From assembly GCA_900617105.1 (NCBI GenBank), contig UYFQ01000010.1, positions 62,001 through 126,000 on the forward strand: DNA of 64,000 nucleotides, written 5' to 3'. Position 1 is the first letter of the stretch. Each line of letters begins with the position of its first letter. Source of the DNA: Hydrurus foetidus (Eukaryota). The translations under genes and the position numbers were made by a program. Of this stretch, positions 24,484 to 35,094 are shown one piece after another. The notes below the pieces were generated by a model. The model saw nothing but the letters and a program-made list of their open reading frames with translations, had not been told where the DNA came from and did not search any database.

Positions 24484-25722
24484 ATGCTTAAAAAAATTAG
24501 CGTTGAACAACTGACCGTTGGCATGCACCTTAAGGAGTTCTGTGGCTCCTGGATGGAGCACCCCTTCTGGCGCACTGGCTTCGTGATCACCGATCCGAAA
24601 GACATCAAGACCATTCTGGCCAGTAGCATCAAGGAAATCTGGATTGACAGCGGCAGGGGTTTGGATGTGCCGGCTGGTCAATCTGCGATGACCGAATCCG
24701 AGTCAGAGGAGCAAGTGGAGGCCGAGCTGCGCCAAGCGGTGTCATCCCAGCGCGAGGTTGCGCCCGTTTCTGTGGATGTGGAGATTCAGCGGGCCGCAAA
24801 AATCTGCTTCCAATCCAAACAAGCGGTGATATCCATGTTCCAGGAGGCCCGAATGGGTAGGACCGTGGACTCGGGCGGCGCTATGCAGATGGTGGAGGAT
24901 ATTACCGATTCGGTGACCCGCAACCCCGGTGCACTGATCAGCCTTGCCCGGCTCAAGACAGCAGATGATTACACCTACATGCACTCTGTGGCGGTATGCG
25001 CCATGATGGTGGCACTGGCCAAGCAACTAGGCTTGGACGAAAAGCAAACTCGCTCCGCAGGCTTGGCGGGCTTGATGCATGATCTGGGCAAAGCCACCAT
25101 GCCCATGGATGTGCTGAACAAACCCGGAAAGCTGACCGATGCCGAGTTCTCCATCATCAAGACCCATCCCGAAGAGGGCTACCGCCTGCTCCAGGGTGGC
25201 AAGGATGTGGACCCCATGGTGTTGGAGGTGTGCTTGCACCACCACGAAAAAGTCGACGGCTCCGGTTACCCCAAGGGCTTGAAGGGCGACCAGATCAGTC
25301 TGTTCGCCAAGATGGGGGCGGTGTGCGATGTGTACGACGCCATCACCTCCAACCGCCCTTACAAGACAGGTTGGGACCCGGCAGAGTCACTGCGCAAAAT
25401 GGCGGAATGGTCCAACGGGCACTTCGATGGCAAAGTGTTTCAGGCCTTTGTGAAGAGCCTGGGCATTTACCCGATTGGCTCGCTGGTGCAGCTGAGTTCA
25501 GGTCGCTTGGGTGTGGTGGTGGAGCAGACCACCAAGTCGCTCACTACGCCGTGTGTGAAAGTGTTTTTCTCGACCAAGTCGAATATGCGCATCGTGCCGG
25601 AGGTGGTGGACTTGTCCCGCCCCGGCAGCACTGAGAAGATTGCCAGCCGCGAAGATCCGGCCAAATGGCGGTTTGCGGATTTGAACGAGCTGTGGTCTGG
25701 TTTGCCGCAGGCACCCTGGTAG
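24484..25722 (+). CDS. HD-GYP c-di-GMP phosphodiesterase
   Basis: YTYMHS, MHDLGK, HHEKVDGSGYP and DVYDAITSNRPY. Confidence 0.92.
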   Translation: MLKKISVEQLTVGMHLKEFCGSWMEHPFWRTGFVITDPKDIKTILASSIKEIWIDSGRGLDVPAGQSAMTESESEEQVEAELRQAVSSQREVAPVSVDVEIQRAAKICFQSKQAVISMFQEARMGRTVDSGGAMQMVEDITDSVTRNPGALISLARLKTADDYTYMHSVAVCAMMVALAKQLGLDEKQTRSAGLAGLMHDLGKATMPMDVLNKPGKLTDAEFSIIKTHPEEGYRLLQGGKDVDPMVLEVCLHHHEKVDGSGYPKGLKGDQISLFAKMGAVCDVYDAITSNRPYKTGWDPAESLRKMAEWSNGHFDGKVFQAFVKSLGIYPIGSLVQLSSGRLGVVVEQTTKSLTTPCVKVFFSTKSNMRIVPEVVDLSRPGSTEKIASREDPAKWRFADLNELWSGLPQAPW

Positions 25723-25750
25723 CCAGCGCTGCCCGTGGCGGGTCATAAAA

Positions 25751-25803
25751 TAAGCCTCTAGCCCCCGTGGAATATGCGCCGGCAGCTATCAAAAAAAGAG
25801 CAA
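25751..25803 (+). repeat. 53-bp dispersed host repeat, copy 1 (intergenic)
   Basis: TAAGCCTCTAGCCCCCGTGGAATATGCGCCGGCAGCTATCAAAAAAAGAGCAA. Confidence 0.85.
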
Positions 25804-25830
25804 GTGTTTTTGGCACTTGCTCTTTTTTTT
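25791..25830. terminator. Bidirectional intrinsic terminator between convergent genes
   Basis: AAAAAAAGAGCAAGTG-TTTTTGG-CACTTGCTCTTTTTTTT. Confidence 0.8.
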
Positions 25831-25833
25831 GCT

Positions 25834-27108
25834 TTAGCAGCCCCGGGTGATGGGCATCTCGACGGGTTTGGGGTTCAGCGCGTATTTGCCGAGTTCCAGT
25901 TTGGCGATGGCATTGCGGTGCACTTCGTCCGGGCCATCAGCAAAGCGCAGGGTGCGAGCGCTGGTGTAGCTGTAGGCCAGCGGGAAGTCGTCGGACATAC
26001 CGCCACCGCCGTGTACTTGCATGGCCCAGTCAATGACCTGGCAGGCCATGCTGGGGGCAACGACCTTGATCATGGCAATTTCGTTCTTGGCGAACTTGTT
26101 GCCACCCATATCCATCATCCAGGCAGCCTTGAGCGTGAGCAGGCGCGCCATGTCGATCTTGCAACGGGCTTCGGCAATGCGCTCTTGTGTCACGGTTTGC
26201 GCGGCAATGGCTTTGCCGAATGCAATGCGACTGGACGCGCGTTTGCACATCAGCTCCAGCGCACGTTCGGCCAGGCCGATCAGGCGCATGCAGTGGTGAA
26301 TACGGCCGGGCCCAAGGCGGCCCTGGGCGATCTCAAACCCTCGGCCTTCACCCAGCAGGATGTTGTCTACCGGCACACGCACGTTTTCGAACAGCATTTC
26401 CATGTGGCCGTGCGGTGCGTCGTCGTAGCCAAACACGGTCAGCGGGCGCACCACCGTGATGCCCTTGGTGTCGGCAGGTATCAGCACCATGCTTTGCTGC
26501 GAATGGCGAGGTGCTTCTGGGTCGGTCTTGCCCATGGTGATGTAGACGGAGCAGCGGGGGTCGCCTGCACCGGAGATCCACCACTTGCGGCCGTTGATGA
26601 CGTACTCGTCGCCCTGGCGCTCAATGCGCGTGGCGATGTTGGTCGCGTCGCTGGAGGCCACATCGGGCTCGGTCATGGCGAAGGCTGAGCGGATCTTGCC
26701 TTCGAGCAATGGCTTGAGCCAGCGCGCTTTGTTCTCGGCCGAGCCGTAGCGGGCGATGGTTTCCATGTTGCCGGTGTCGGGTGCCGAGCAGTTGAAGACT
26801 TCGCTGGACCACATCACACGGCCCATGATTTCGGCCAGCGGTGCGTATTCTTGGTTCGTCAAACCCGCGCCGTGGTAGCCCGATGCTTCAGCACTGTCCA
26901 CCGGCAAAAACAGGTTCCACAGTCCGGCGGCCTGGGCCTTGGGCTTGAGGTTTTCAATGGTTTGCAGTGGGGTCCAGCGCTTGCCGACTGCCGTGTTGGC
27001 GGTGATCTCTTCGTGGTACGCCGCTTCTGCCGGGTAGATGTGTTCGTCCATGAACTTGAGCAAGCGGGATTGCAAGTCTTTGGTCTTGGGGGAGTAGTCA
27101 AAATCCAT
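25834..27108 (-). CDS. Acyl-CoA dehydrogenase
   Basis: [41 protein letters not shown]; likely start MDFDYS. Confidence 0.93.
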   Translation of the reverse strand: MDFDYSPKTKDLQSRLLKFMDEHIYPAEAAYHEEITANTAVGKRWTPLQTIENLKPKAQAAGLWNLFLPVDSAEASGYHGAGLTNQEYAPLAEIMGRVMWSSEVFNCSAPDTGNMETIARYGSAENKARWLKPLLEGKIRSAFAMTEPDVASSDATNIATRIERQGDEYVINGRKWWISGAGDPRCSVYITMGKTDPEAPRHSQQSMVLIPADTKGITVVRPLTVFGYDDAPHGHMEMLFENVRVPVDNILLGEGRGFEIAQGRLGPGRIHHCMRLIGLAERALELMCKRASSRIAFGKAIAAQTVTQERIAEARCKIDMARLLTLKAAWMMDMGGNKFAKNEIAMIKVVAPSMACQVIDWAMQVHGGGGMSDDFPLAYSYTSARTLRFADGPDEVHRNAIAKLELGKYALNPKPVEMPITRGC

Positions 27109-27149
27109 GGGGTCTCCGGGGCTGCACGTGAAAAAAATTGTCAACCGTT

Positions 27150-28280
27150 TCAAAGCGGTATATTTAGGGCTGTAAGCGGAATCAATCTTGAAAATGAGGC
27201 CTGGCGTGCAAACTTCCAGGCCATTTGCGCCAAGGTGGGCGCACCAGCGGCAGAGCTGACGGCTTGTGCGCTGGAGGCCGTGCCTGCTTCCACCCGCTTG
27301 GCAATGCCTTGCAGAATGGCGGCGAGGCGAAACAGGTTGTAGGCGAGGTAGAAGTTCCAGTCGGCTTTGAGCTTCTCGGGTGTGGAAAAGCCGGTGCGCT
27401 TGCAGTAGAGGCTGATGTACTCGGCTTCGGTGGGGATGCCCAGGCTTGTCACGTCCAGCCCCCCCAAACCCCTGAAGGTGCCGGGTGGGATGTGCCAAGC
27501 CATGCAGTGGTAGCTGAAGTCGGCAAACGGGTGGCCTAGGGTAGACAACTCCCAGTCAAGCACGGCCAGCACGCGCGGCTCGGTGGGGTGGAACATCAGG
27601 TTGTCGAGCCGGTAGTCGCCATGCACGATGGAGGTCAGGCTTTCATCGCGGGCGCTGGCGGGGATGTTGGCTGGCAACCAAGCCATCAGCTTGTCCATCT
27701 CGGGAATCGGTGTGGTGATGGAGGCCACGAACTGCTTGCTCCAGCGGCCAATTTGGCGCTCAAAGTAATTGCCAGGTTTACCGTAACCGGCCAAGCCGCG
27801 CTCCGCAAACTTGACCGCGTGCAAGGCAGCCTGCACGCTGTTCATCTCGTTGTAGATGGCGCTGCGCTCGCTGTTGTCCATACCGGGCAGGGCTTGATCC
27901 CACATCACGCGGCCCTGAACGAATTCCATGATGTAGAACGCCCGGCCAATCACCGATTCGTCTTCGCACAGGCAGTGCATTTTGGCCACGGGCACATCGG
28001 TGCCGTAGAGCCCTTTCATCACGGCAAATTCGCGCTCTACGGCATGGGCCGAGGGCAGCAGTTTGGCTACGGGGCCGGGCTTGGCACGCATCACGTAGCT
28101 GGCGCTGGGGGTGATGAGTTTGTAGGTGGGGTTGGACTGGCCTCCCTTGAAAATTTCAACGCTCAGCGGGCCTTGGAAGTCGGGCATGTGGGCGCTGAGG
28201 TAGCTTTGCAGCGCGTCGGTGTCAAACGCTTGGACACCAGTGACGGCACGGGTTCCGATGAAGTGGTCAAAGTTGCTCAT
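27150..28280 (-). CDS. APH-family phosphotransferase (acyl-CoA dehydrogenase-associated)
   Basis: [16 protein letters not shown] and LDWE motifs. Confidence 0.9.
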   Translation of the reverse strand: MSNFDHFIGTRAVTGVQAFDTDALQSYLSAHMPDFQGPLSVEIFKGGQSNPTYKLITPSASYVMRAKPGPVAKLLPSAHAVEREFAVMKGLYGTDVPVAKMHCLCEDESVIGRAFYIMEFVQGRVMWDQALPGMDNSERSAIYNEMNSVQAALHAVKFAERGLAGYGKPGNYFERQIGRWSKQFVASITTPIPEMDKLMAWLPANIPASARDESLTSIVHGDYRLDNLMFHPTEPRVLAVLDWELSTLGHPFADFSYHCMAWHIPPGTFRGLGGLDVTSLGIPTEAEYISLYCKRTGFSTPEKLKADWNFYLAYNLFRLAAILQGIAKRVEAGTASSAQAVSSAAGAPTLAQMAWKFARQASFSRLIPLTALNIPL

Positions 28281-28366
28281 AGGGGGCTGTGTCTCGTCTG
28301 TATGTCGTTATCGGGTGCCGTGGACGCGGATAGCGTTGATGGCATCGACGCCGTTGGCCGTGTGCT

Positions 28367-29086
28367 TCAGTTTTCGGCTGCTGAGATGCGCATCAAGGCA
28401 TCGCGGTTGCGTATCACCAAGCCACCCGGCTCGATGCGAATCATGTTCTCGCGCTCCATCGCTTTCAGCTCTTGGTTGACGCGCTGGCGTGAGGCCCCCA
28501 GCAATTGCGCCAACTCTTCTTGCGCCAGTTGCAAGCTGATACGCATTTCGCTGGCTTCCGACAAACTGGGTACGCCGTAGCTGCGTACCAAGTGAACCAG
28601 TTGCTTGGCCAAACGGGCACGCAAGGGCAGGGTATTCAAATCTTCTACCAAACCAAACAGCTGACGGATACGGCGTGCGTGCAAGCGCAGCATGGCTTCG
28701 TACAGCTCGACATGCAGCGCCAGGATTTTCTTGAAGTCGGCTTTGGCCACGCACAGAATCGTGCTGTCGCCGTGCGCATAACCGTCGTGCGTGCGCCGGT
28801 CGCCGTCGAAGATCGCCACATCGCCGAACCAAATGCCCGGCTCCACATATGTCAACGTGATCTGCTTGCCAGAGATGGACGTGGAGCTGACCCGCACGGC
28901 ACCCTTGGCACAGGCGATCCACTCTTCGGGTGGCTCGCCACGGGCGCAAATCAGTTCGCCGTCTTTGTATCGTTTGACGTAAGCGCATCGAAGAATGTCG
29001 TGTCGGAGTGAGGGAGAAAGTGAGGAAAACCAGCGACCAGAATTAATCGCTTCACGTTCTTCGATGGTAAGAATAGGATCATCCAT
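28367..29086 (-). CDS. Crp/Fnr family transcriptional regulator
   Basis: cNMP-binding domain (WFGD...R) and HTH QEELAQLLGASRQRVN. Confidence 0.92.
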   Translation of the reverse strand: MDDPILTIEEREAINSGRWFSSLSPSLRHDILRCAYVKRYKDGELICARGEPPEEWIACAKGAVRVSSTSISGKQITLTYVEPGIWFGDVAIFDGDRRTHDGYAHGDSTILCVAKADFKKILALHVELYEAMLRLHARRIRQLFGLVEDLNTLPLRARLAKQLVHLVRSYGVPSLSEASEMRISLQLAQEELAQLLGASRQRVNQELKAMERENMIRIEPGGLVIRNRDALMRISAAEN

Positions 29087-29182
29087 TGGCTGTCTTATGA
29101 GTGACTGAGAAGCTGATGATTGTCACGTCTGGGACGAACCGCTGCCATCAGGGTTGTCGCTTGCGTGTCTGTGCTGTGCATG

Positions 29183-29212
29183 AAAAAAGCCGCTGAACGG
29201 ATTCAGCGGCTT
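29183..29212 (-). terminator. Intrinsic terminator
   Basis: AAAAAAGCCGCTGAA-CGGA-TTCAGCGGCTT. Confidence 0.75.
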
Positions 29213-29246
29213 CGTGGGTTGTTGCAGGGTTGACGCGGGGGGATGC

Positions 29247-30767
29247 TCAGCCTTCGGTGTGCATCAGGCTCAAGCCAATTGCACCGCGACGGCGCAGCCA
29301 AGGGCTGGGGCGGTAGCGTTGGTCACCGTAGACGGTCTGCATGTTGAACAGCACTTCCAGCACGTTGGTAGGGCCGTAGCGGTCGCCCATGGCCAATGGT
29401 CCGAGCGGGTAGCCCAAACCGAGTGTGACGGCCACTTCAAGGTCATTTGGGCTGCATACGCCCTGCTGGCATATGTCGGATGCTATATTAACAATAGTGG
29501 CTACCACCCGCTGAGTGACAAAACCACCGCTGTCGCGAATCACGCTGACGGGCTTGCCGTCACGGGCAAACAGCGCGTGGGCGGCGTCGCGCATGTCGAT
29601 GCGGGTTGCGGGGTTGGTGGCCAGCACGCGACGCTTGGTGGCGGCGTCGTCAATGAGCATGTCGATACCAACGGTGCGTGCGGGGTCTAGGCGTTCGACC
29701 ACGGCGACGGTGGTGATGTCGAAACCCAAGGGCGCGACCAGTGTCAATGCATTGGGCGAGGGGCTGACACCGGTCTCGATGGTGGCACCCAAATCTTTGA
29801 GCAACTGCAACAGCTCAGCCCGGCGTGATGCGCGGGGCGACAGCCAAACGGGGGGCATGTTTTCCACGACGGGTACTGCGGGCTCGGAGGGGATCTGCGC
29901 GACGCCGTTCACGTACTTGTAAAAACCTTCACCGACTTTTTTGCCAACTACACCACCGGCCAAACGCTGGGCGGTGATGACGCTGGGGCGGTAGCGTGGT
30001 TCTTCAAAATACTGGTGGTAGATCGATTCCATCACCGGGTGCGACACGTCCAGCCCGGTCAGATCCATGAGCTCAAACGGGCCCAGCTTAAAGCCCAGCT
30101 GGTCGCGCAGAATGCGGTCGATGGTGGCGAAGTCCGCCACGCCTTCGGAGGCAATACGCAGCGCTTCGGTGCCATAGCCACGCCCCGCGTGGTTGACGAT
30201 GAAACCGGGTGTGTCCTGCGCCAGCACGGGCGTGTGGCCCAGGTCTTTGGCGTACTGCTGCAGCGCCTGCACCACGGACGCTGCCGTCTTGATGCCCGGA
30301 ATCACCTCCACAACCTTCATCAGCGGCACCGGGTTGAAGAAGTGAAAGCCAGCCAGTTGCCCGGGCCGTTGCAGGCCCGCAGCCAGTGCGGTGATGGACA
30401 GGGACGAGGTGTTGCTGGCAAGTACGGTGGATGGTGTCGTGCAAGCTTCCAGAGCCTGCAGTAGCTGGGTTTTGATGTCCAGTCGCTCGACCACGGCCTC
30501 CACCACCAACTGGCAGTGCGCCAGGTTCTGCAATTGGGTAACCACCTGAATGCGTGCGGTGAAGGTGTCCACGTCCTCAGGCCGGATGCGCTGCTTGGCG
30601 GCGAGGCCTTGCCACTGCGCGTGCAATTGCTGTTGGGCAGCATGGGCCGCCTCGGGGCTCAGGTCAAACAACAATACGGTGCTGCCGGCCTGCGCCGAGA
30701 TTTGCGCGATACCGCGCCCCATGGCGCCTGCGCCAACGATGCCAATGTGGAGAAAGTGTGGGTTCAT
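29247..30767 (-). CDS. 3-hydroxyacyl-CoA dehydrogenase (PaaH-like)
   Basis: GAGAMGRGIA, ASNTSSL, HFFNP; duplicated C-terminal domain. Confidence 0.9.
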   Translation of the reverse strand: MNPHFLHIGIVGAGAMGRGIAQISAQAGSTVLLFDLSPEAAHAAQQQLHAQWQGLAAKQRIRPEDVDTFTARIQVVTQLQNLAHCQLVVEAVVERLDIKTQLLQALEACTTPSTVLASNTSSLSITALAAGLQRPGQLAGFHFFNPVPLMKVVEVIPGIKTAASVVQALQQYAKDLGHTPVLAQDTPGFIVNHAGRGYGTEALRIASEGVADFATIDRILRDQLGFKLGPFELMDLTGLDVSHPVMESIYHQYFEEPRYRPSVITAQRLAGGVVGKKVGEGFYKYVNGVAQIPSEPAVPVVENMPPVWLSPRASRRAELLQLLKDLGATIETGVSPSPNALTLVAPLGFDITTVAVVERLDPARTVGIDMLIDDAATKRRVLATNPATRIDMRDAAHALFARDGKPVSVIRDSGGFVTQRVVATIVNIASDICQQGVCSPNDLEVAVTLGLGYPLGPLAMGDRYGPTNVLEVLFNMQTVYGDQRYRPSPWLRRRGAIGLSLMHTEG

Positions 30768-30822
30768 GGGTCAATTATCTGGCTGTGACGGCTGGCTTGC
30801 ACCCCCGGTTGTCGCCCAAACG

Positions 30823-30875
30823 ATAGCTTTTGCCCCCAATGGGATATGCGAGAATTGTTCTTATCAATGAAGTCG
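30823..30875 (+). repeat. Degenerate copy of the 53-bp repeat
   Basis: GCTTTTGCCCCCAATGGGATATGCG aligns ungapped with the left half; right half poorly conserved. Confidence 0.4.
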
Positions 30876-32852
30876 GTCTTTAAAGTGAAAACAAGCGTTG
30901 TTGGAGTGGTGTTGCTATGCGCCGCAGTGGGTAGCAACGCGTTGACGCTGGGCCGCGCGCGCGGGGCTGCCATACTGGGCCAGCCGTTGGAGCTGACAGT
31001 GCCCGTGCAGTTCGCAGCAGACGAGGACAACGCAGGCCTGTGCTTTGAGGCCGATGTCTACTACGGGGAAAATCGGCAGGAATCCAGCCGCGTGACCGTG
31101 ACCGCAGATACGCCCGCGAGCGGGCAAGCCGTGCTGGTGCGCATTGCCTCTCGCCTGCCAGTGGATGAGCCGGTGGTCACCCTGTACCTGCGGTCGGCAT
31201 GTGGCGTGAAGGCCTCTCGCAAATACGTGTTGCTGGCCGATCTGGTGTCCGAGCCAGCCACGGCCACGGCTTCAACCTCTCCTGTGCGGCCCAGCCTGCC
31301 TGCCACTTTACCGCCTGTTGTGTCCGTCACCCCGGAGGGCAAGCCCGCAGATGCCGGTGGCCCCTCCAAATCCGGAAAGCGGGCTTCCACACCACGGGCC
31401 ACCGGTGAAACCGACAAGGCCGGCAAGGTATCCGGTTCCGCCTCCACCTCTTCTGCGGTGGCTTTACCCAAGCCGTCGGGCGGCGCCCGCGCTCGCCTCA
31501 AGCTGGCGCCGCTGGACCTGTCGCAAGACTGGGACCCGAACCTGAAAAACACCCCGGACCTGATCAGCGTGCCCACTGAGGATGCAGACAAGCGCATAGC
31601 CGCCGCTGCGCTGTGGCGTTCGCTGAACCTGACGCCCGAAGAGGTGCTGCGAGACGCTGCACGCCTTCAGGGACTGGAACAAAACGTCCAAAAGCTCAGC
31701 GACCTGACCGCGCAAAACCAGCGCCAGATGCAGACGCTGATGGCGCGGCTGGAAAAGGCCGATGCGCAAAGGTACGCCAACCCCTTTGTCTATGGACTGG
31801 TGGCTGCCGTGCTGGCGTTGGCGGGGCTGCTGCTGTGGGGCTGGCGCCGCTGGCGCAATGCCGATGCAGGCGCTCCGTGGTGGCGCGGCGAAGTCGCCGT
31901 GCAGGAGGCGCCCGCGTCCATCCATGAGTCGGCAGCGGTCAGTGTGGGTACCGGGCCACTCCCTGCGACCCATGAAGAACAACCGTTCAAGCGTCCCGAA
32001 TTGCGCACCCAGCCGCGAGCCCCTGTCCTGCAGGCACTGGCCTCGGTAGACATCGATTTGCAACTGGACGACGTGCCGCCATCTGCGGCGGCGCCAATCA
32101 GCCGGTCGGCCCCCATGTCGCGGACCCCGGCGCATGACAGAACGCCGTCCCGCATGACAGGCCTGCGCGATTTTCACTCCAGCATGTCGGGCAGCCTGCG
32201 CTCCATCAATACGCAAGAAGTGCTGGATGTGCGCCAGCAGGCCGAGTTCTTCATGACGCTGGGCCAGTACGACGATGCGATTGCCCTGCTGGAAAACAAC
32301 ATCCACGACAACGCCGAGTCCAATCCGCTGGTCTACCTGGACCTGCTGAAGGCACTGCACACGCTGAGCCGCAAAGAGGCGTTTGACCGCTACCGGGACG
32401 AGTTCAATGCGGTGTTCACCGGACAGGTACCGGTCTATACCCAGTTCAGCCAGCCTGGTCAGGGCCTGGACGCCTATCCTGAGTTGTGCGGGCACATGGC
32501 GTCGCTGTGGCCCAGCAAAGCGGCCCAGGAGTTCATTGAAAAATGCATGGTGCGCGAGGCGAATGCCGCTGCGGTAGTCAACTTCGACCTCGAAGCTTTT
32601 CGTGAACTGCTTCTGCTGCACGCGGTGCTCACGCGGCTGTCCGAAGCATCGGAGAGCGCCATGATGCCGTTCAGCGCGGCCAAAGCCGCTGTGACAGAGG
32701 CCTCTGAAACCGATGCGGCTCCAGTGGCAGCTGCGCCCATGGAAGTGGATTTCGAGATCTCCGACATCGAAACGCCACCCAGCCACAACTTGATCGAGTT
32801 TGAGGCGCCTGACGTGTCTGTCACGCCACCACCACCCGACACGCGCCCCTGA
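30846..32852 (+). CDS. FimV-like protein (true start possibly GTG 30885)
   Basis: Signal peptide, ALTLG...LGQPL N-domain, coiled coil, one TM segment, QQAEFFMTLGQYDDAI TPR-like region. Confidence 0.75.
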   Translation: MRELFLSMKSVFKVKTSVVGVVLLCAAVGSNALTLGRARGAAILGQPLELTVPVQFAADEDNAGLCFEADVYYGENRQESSRVTVTADTPASGQAVLVRIASRLPVDEPVVTLYLRSACGVKASRKYVLLADLVSEPATATASTSPVRPSLPATLPPVVSVTPEGKPADAGGPSKSGKRASTPRATGETDKAGKVSGSASTSSAVALPKPSGGARARLKLAPLDLSQDWDPNLKNTPDLISVPTEDADKRIAAAALWRSLNLTPEEVLRDAARLQGLEQNVQKLSDLTAQNQRQMQTLMARLEKADAQRYANPFVYGLVAAVLALAGLLLWGWRRWRNADAGAPWWRGEVAVQEAPASIHESAAVSVGTGPLPATHEEQPFKRPELRTQPRAPVLQALASVDIDLQLDDVPPSAAAPISRSAPMSRTPAHDRTPSRMTGLRDFHSSMSGSLRSINTQEVLDVRQQAEFFMTLGQYDDAIALLENNIHDNAESNPLVYLDLLKALHTLSRKEAFDRYRDEFNAVFTGQVPVYTQFSQPGQGLDAYPELCGHMASLWPSKAAQEFIEKCMVREANAAAVVNFDLEAFRELLLLHAVLTRLSEASESAMMPFSAAKAAVTEASETDAAPVAAAPMEVDFEISDIETPPSHNLIEFEAPDVSVTPPPPDTRP

Positions 32853-32879
32853 GTTTGCGCGGACCCCGCAAGTGCGGTG

Positions 32880-33887
32880 TTAGCGACGCACTTGCAGCGC
32901 GCCGGGGTTGATGATGTTGGAGGGCGTGCCCTTGATGAAATTCACCACGTTGTCAAACGCCGCACCAAAGTACATCTCGTAGCTGTCTTGCTCCACATAG
33001 CCGATGTGCGGGGTACAAATGCAGTTTTCCAGGCGCAGCAGGGCGTGGCCTTGCAGGATGGGTTCAGTCTCAAACACATCGATGGCGGCCATGCCAGGGC
33101 GCCCGCGGTTCAGGCCGCCAATCAACGCGTCGGTCTCAATCAACTCGGCCCGTGAGGTATTGACCAACAGCGAGGTGCTCTTCATGCAGGCCAGGTCTGC
33201 CGCAGTGACCAGATTGCGGGTGCTGTCGTTCAGGCGCAAGTGCAGCGTGAGCACATCGCTCTCCGAGAAGAAGGCTTGCCGGTCTGTTGCGGCGGTATAG
33301 CCATCCTGGGCCGCCTTCTCGCGCGAGGCTTCGCTGCCCCACACCAGCACCTGCATGCCGAAGGCTTTGCCATAGCCGGCAATCAACTGGCCAATGCGGC
33401 CATAGCCCCAAATGCCCAAAGTTTTGCCCCTGAGCACATTGCCCAGGCCGAAGTTGGTGGGCATGGAGCCCGCCTTGAGCCCGGACTGCTGCCAGGCGCC
33501 GTGCTTGAGGTTGCCGATGTAATGGGGCAGTCTGCGCATGGCGGCCAATATCAGGGCCCAAGTCAGCTCGGCGGGGGCAATGGGTGAGCCCACGCCTTCG
33601 GCCACGGCAATACCGCGTTCGGTGCAGGCCTGCACGTCAATGTGAGCACCTGCGTGCCCGGTTTGGGCGATCAGTTTGAGCCGGGGGAGTTTTTCAATCA
33701 GGGAACGGGTGATGTGGGTGCGCTCTCGGATCAGCACGATCACATCAGCGTCTTTGAGCCGAATGGACAGCTGGCCTATGCCTTTGACGGTATTGGTGTA
33801 GACCTTGGCGGGGTATGCCTCCAATTTGGCCGAGCAATGGAGCTTGCGTACGGCGTCCTGATAGTCATCCAAAATCACAATATTCAT
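32880..33887 (-). CDS. D-2-hydroxyacid dehydrogenase family protein
   Basis: ILDDYQ, GYGRIG, VNTSRA and TPHIGY. Confidence 0.9.
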   Translation of the reverse strand: MNIVILDDYQDAVRKLHCSAKLEAYPAKVYTNTVKGIGQLSIRLKDADVIVLIRERTHITRSLIEKLPRLKLIAQTGHAGAHIDVQACTERGIAVAEGVGSPIAPAELTWALILAAMRRLPHYIGNLKHGAWQQSGLKAGSMPTNFGLGNVLRGKTLGIWGYGRIGQLIAGYGKAFGMQVLVWGSEASREKAAQDGYTAATDRQAFFSESDVLTLHLRLNDSTRNLVTAADLACMKSTSLLVNTSRAELIETDALIGGLNRGRPGMAAIDVFETEPILQGHALLRLENCICTPHIGYVEQDSYEMYFGAAFDNVVNFIKGTPSNIINPGALQVRR

Positions 33888-33957
33888 GCGCACCATTGTG
33901 CCTCGTCGGCAGGGGCATTTTCACGATCCGCCCCTGCTGGAATGGTTGCCGTAGTGT

Positions 33958-34284
33958 TCAGGCGGCTTCGCAGGCCGCCAGGCGGTCCAGCTCGGCGCAG
34001 ACGTCGGCCATGCGGCCCGAGATCACCATGCGGCCCACGTCGGAGCGGGGCTGTCCGCTCTCCAGCACGCGGACTACGCGCAGGGGCTTGGATTTATAAG
34101 CATTTTGGCTTCTAGCCCTCGTGGAGTCTGCGCGGGGCACTATGAAATCAGGAGCAACACGGCGTTCGAGCTGCCGTGGCATGGTGTAGCTGGGCTGGCG
34201 CAGCGGCGGGCTTGGCAGCAGCCAGGCCAGCAGCTGGCGCAGGGGGGCCAGAAAGTCGGGCTTCATCACGATGGCGGTGTTCAT
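33958..34284 (-). CDS. Hypothetical protein directly downstream of lexA
   Basis: 21 bp after the lexA stop, same strand; C-terminus GRMVISGRMADVCAELDRL. Confidence 0.7.
   Translation of the reverse strand: MNTAIVMKPDFLAPLRQLLAWLLPSPPLRQPSYTMPRQLERRVAPDFIVPRADSTRARSQNAYKSKPLRVVRVLESGQPRSDVGRMVISGRMADVCAELDRLAACEAA
34105..34157 (+). repeat. 53-bp repeat, copy 2 (inside lexA-linked ORF)
   Basis: TTGGCTTCTAGCCCTCGTGGAGTCTGCGCGGGGCACTATGAAATCAGGAGCAA. Confidence 0.8.
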
Positions 34285-34305
34285 GGTGGGTGCTTTCTGT
34301 CTGCG

Positions 34306-34980
34306 TTACATCAACATGGTGTTACGAATCAGGCCGACGGCCAGGCCTTCGATTTCGAAAGGCTCACCGGGCTCGATCACGATGGTTTGGTAGTCGGGGT
34401 TTTCGGGGTGCAGCTCGATCAGGTGCTTGTTGCGGCGAAAGCGCTTGACCGTGACTTCTTCACCCAGGCGGGCCACGACGATCTGTCCATTTTTGGCATC
34501 TTTGGTGGCTTGCACGGCCAGCAGGTCGCCGTCCATGATGCCGGCGTCGCGCATAGACATGCCGCGCACCTTGAGCAGGTAGTCGGGCTGGCGCTGGAAC
34601 AGGCTGTTTTCTACGTAGTAGGTGCGGTCCACATGCTCTTGCGCCAGGATGGGCGAGCCAGCAGCCACACGGCCAATCAGGGGCAAGGCCAGCTGGGCCA
34701 GACCGGGCAAGGGCAGGGGGAATTGCTTCATGCGCGACTCTTGCATGGAACGCAGCACATCACCCTTGAGGCGGATACCGCGGGAGGTGCCGCTGACCAG
34801 ATCAATCACGCCTTTGCGGGCCAAGGCCTGCAAATGCTCTTCGGCCGCGTTGGCAGACTTGAAGCCCAGCTCAGTGGCGATTTCTGCCCGGGTGGGGGGG
34901 GCGCCGGTGCGCGCAATGGCGCCCTGGATCAGATCCAGAATTTGCTGTTGGCGGGCGGTGAGTTTGGGACTTTCAAGCAT
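34306..34980 (-). CDS. lexA: SOS repressor LexA
   Basis: PPTRAEI HTH, GRVAAG cleavage site, GMSM and VTVKR catalytic motifs. Confidence 0.97.
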   Translation of the reverse strand: MLESPKLTARQQQILDLIQGAIARTGAPPTRAEIATELGFKSANAAEEHLQALARKGVIDLVSGTSRGIRLKGDVLRSMQESRMKQFPLPLPGLAQLALPLIGRVAAGSPILAQEHVDRTYYVENSLFQRQPDYLLKVRGMSMRDAGIMDGDLLAVQATKDAKNGQIVVARLGEEVTVKRFRRNKHLIELHPENPDYQTIVIEPGEPFEIEGLAVGLIRNTMLM

Positions 34981-35010
34981 ACTGACTCCTTCAAGTTGGG
35001 TCGACGCTGG

Positions 35011-35062
35011 CTGTGTGTCTGTACACACTGTTTTCTCATCCAGTAACTGTATTTTTAACCAG
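35011..35062. promoter_or_regulatory. Tandem LexA (SOS) boxes
   Basis: CTGTTTTCTCATCCAG (35028-35043), CTGTATTTTTAACCAG (35047-35062), degenerate CTGTGTGTCTGTACAC (35011-35026). Confidence 0.85.
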
Positions 35063-35094
35063 TTTTTTGAAAATTGCAAGCGGGGCGGTGACGA

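Noticed and set aside
27125..27180. Possible minus-strand copy of the 53-bp repeat
   Set aside because: Only GC-N4-AGCCC matches; the remaining blocks are absent.
27109..27498. N-terminal extension of the acyl-CoA dehydrogenase ORF as a fusion
   Set aside because: It overlaps the phosphotransferase gene; family similarity starts at MDFDYS behind a GGAG RBS.
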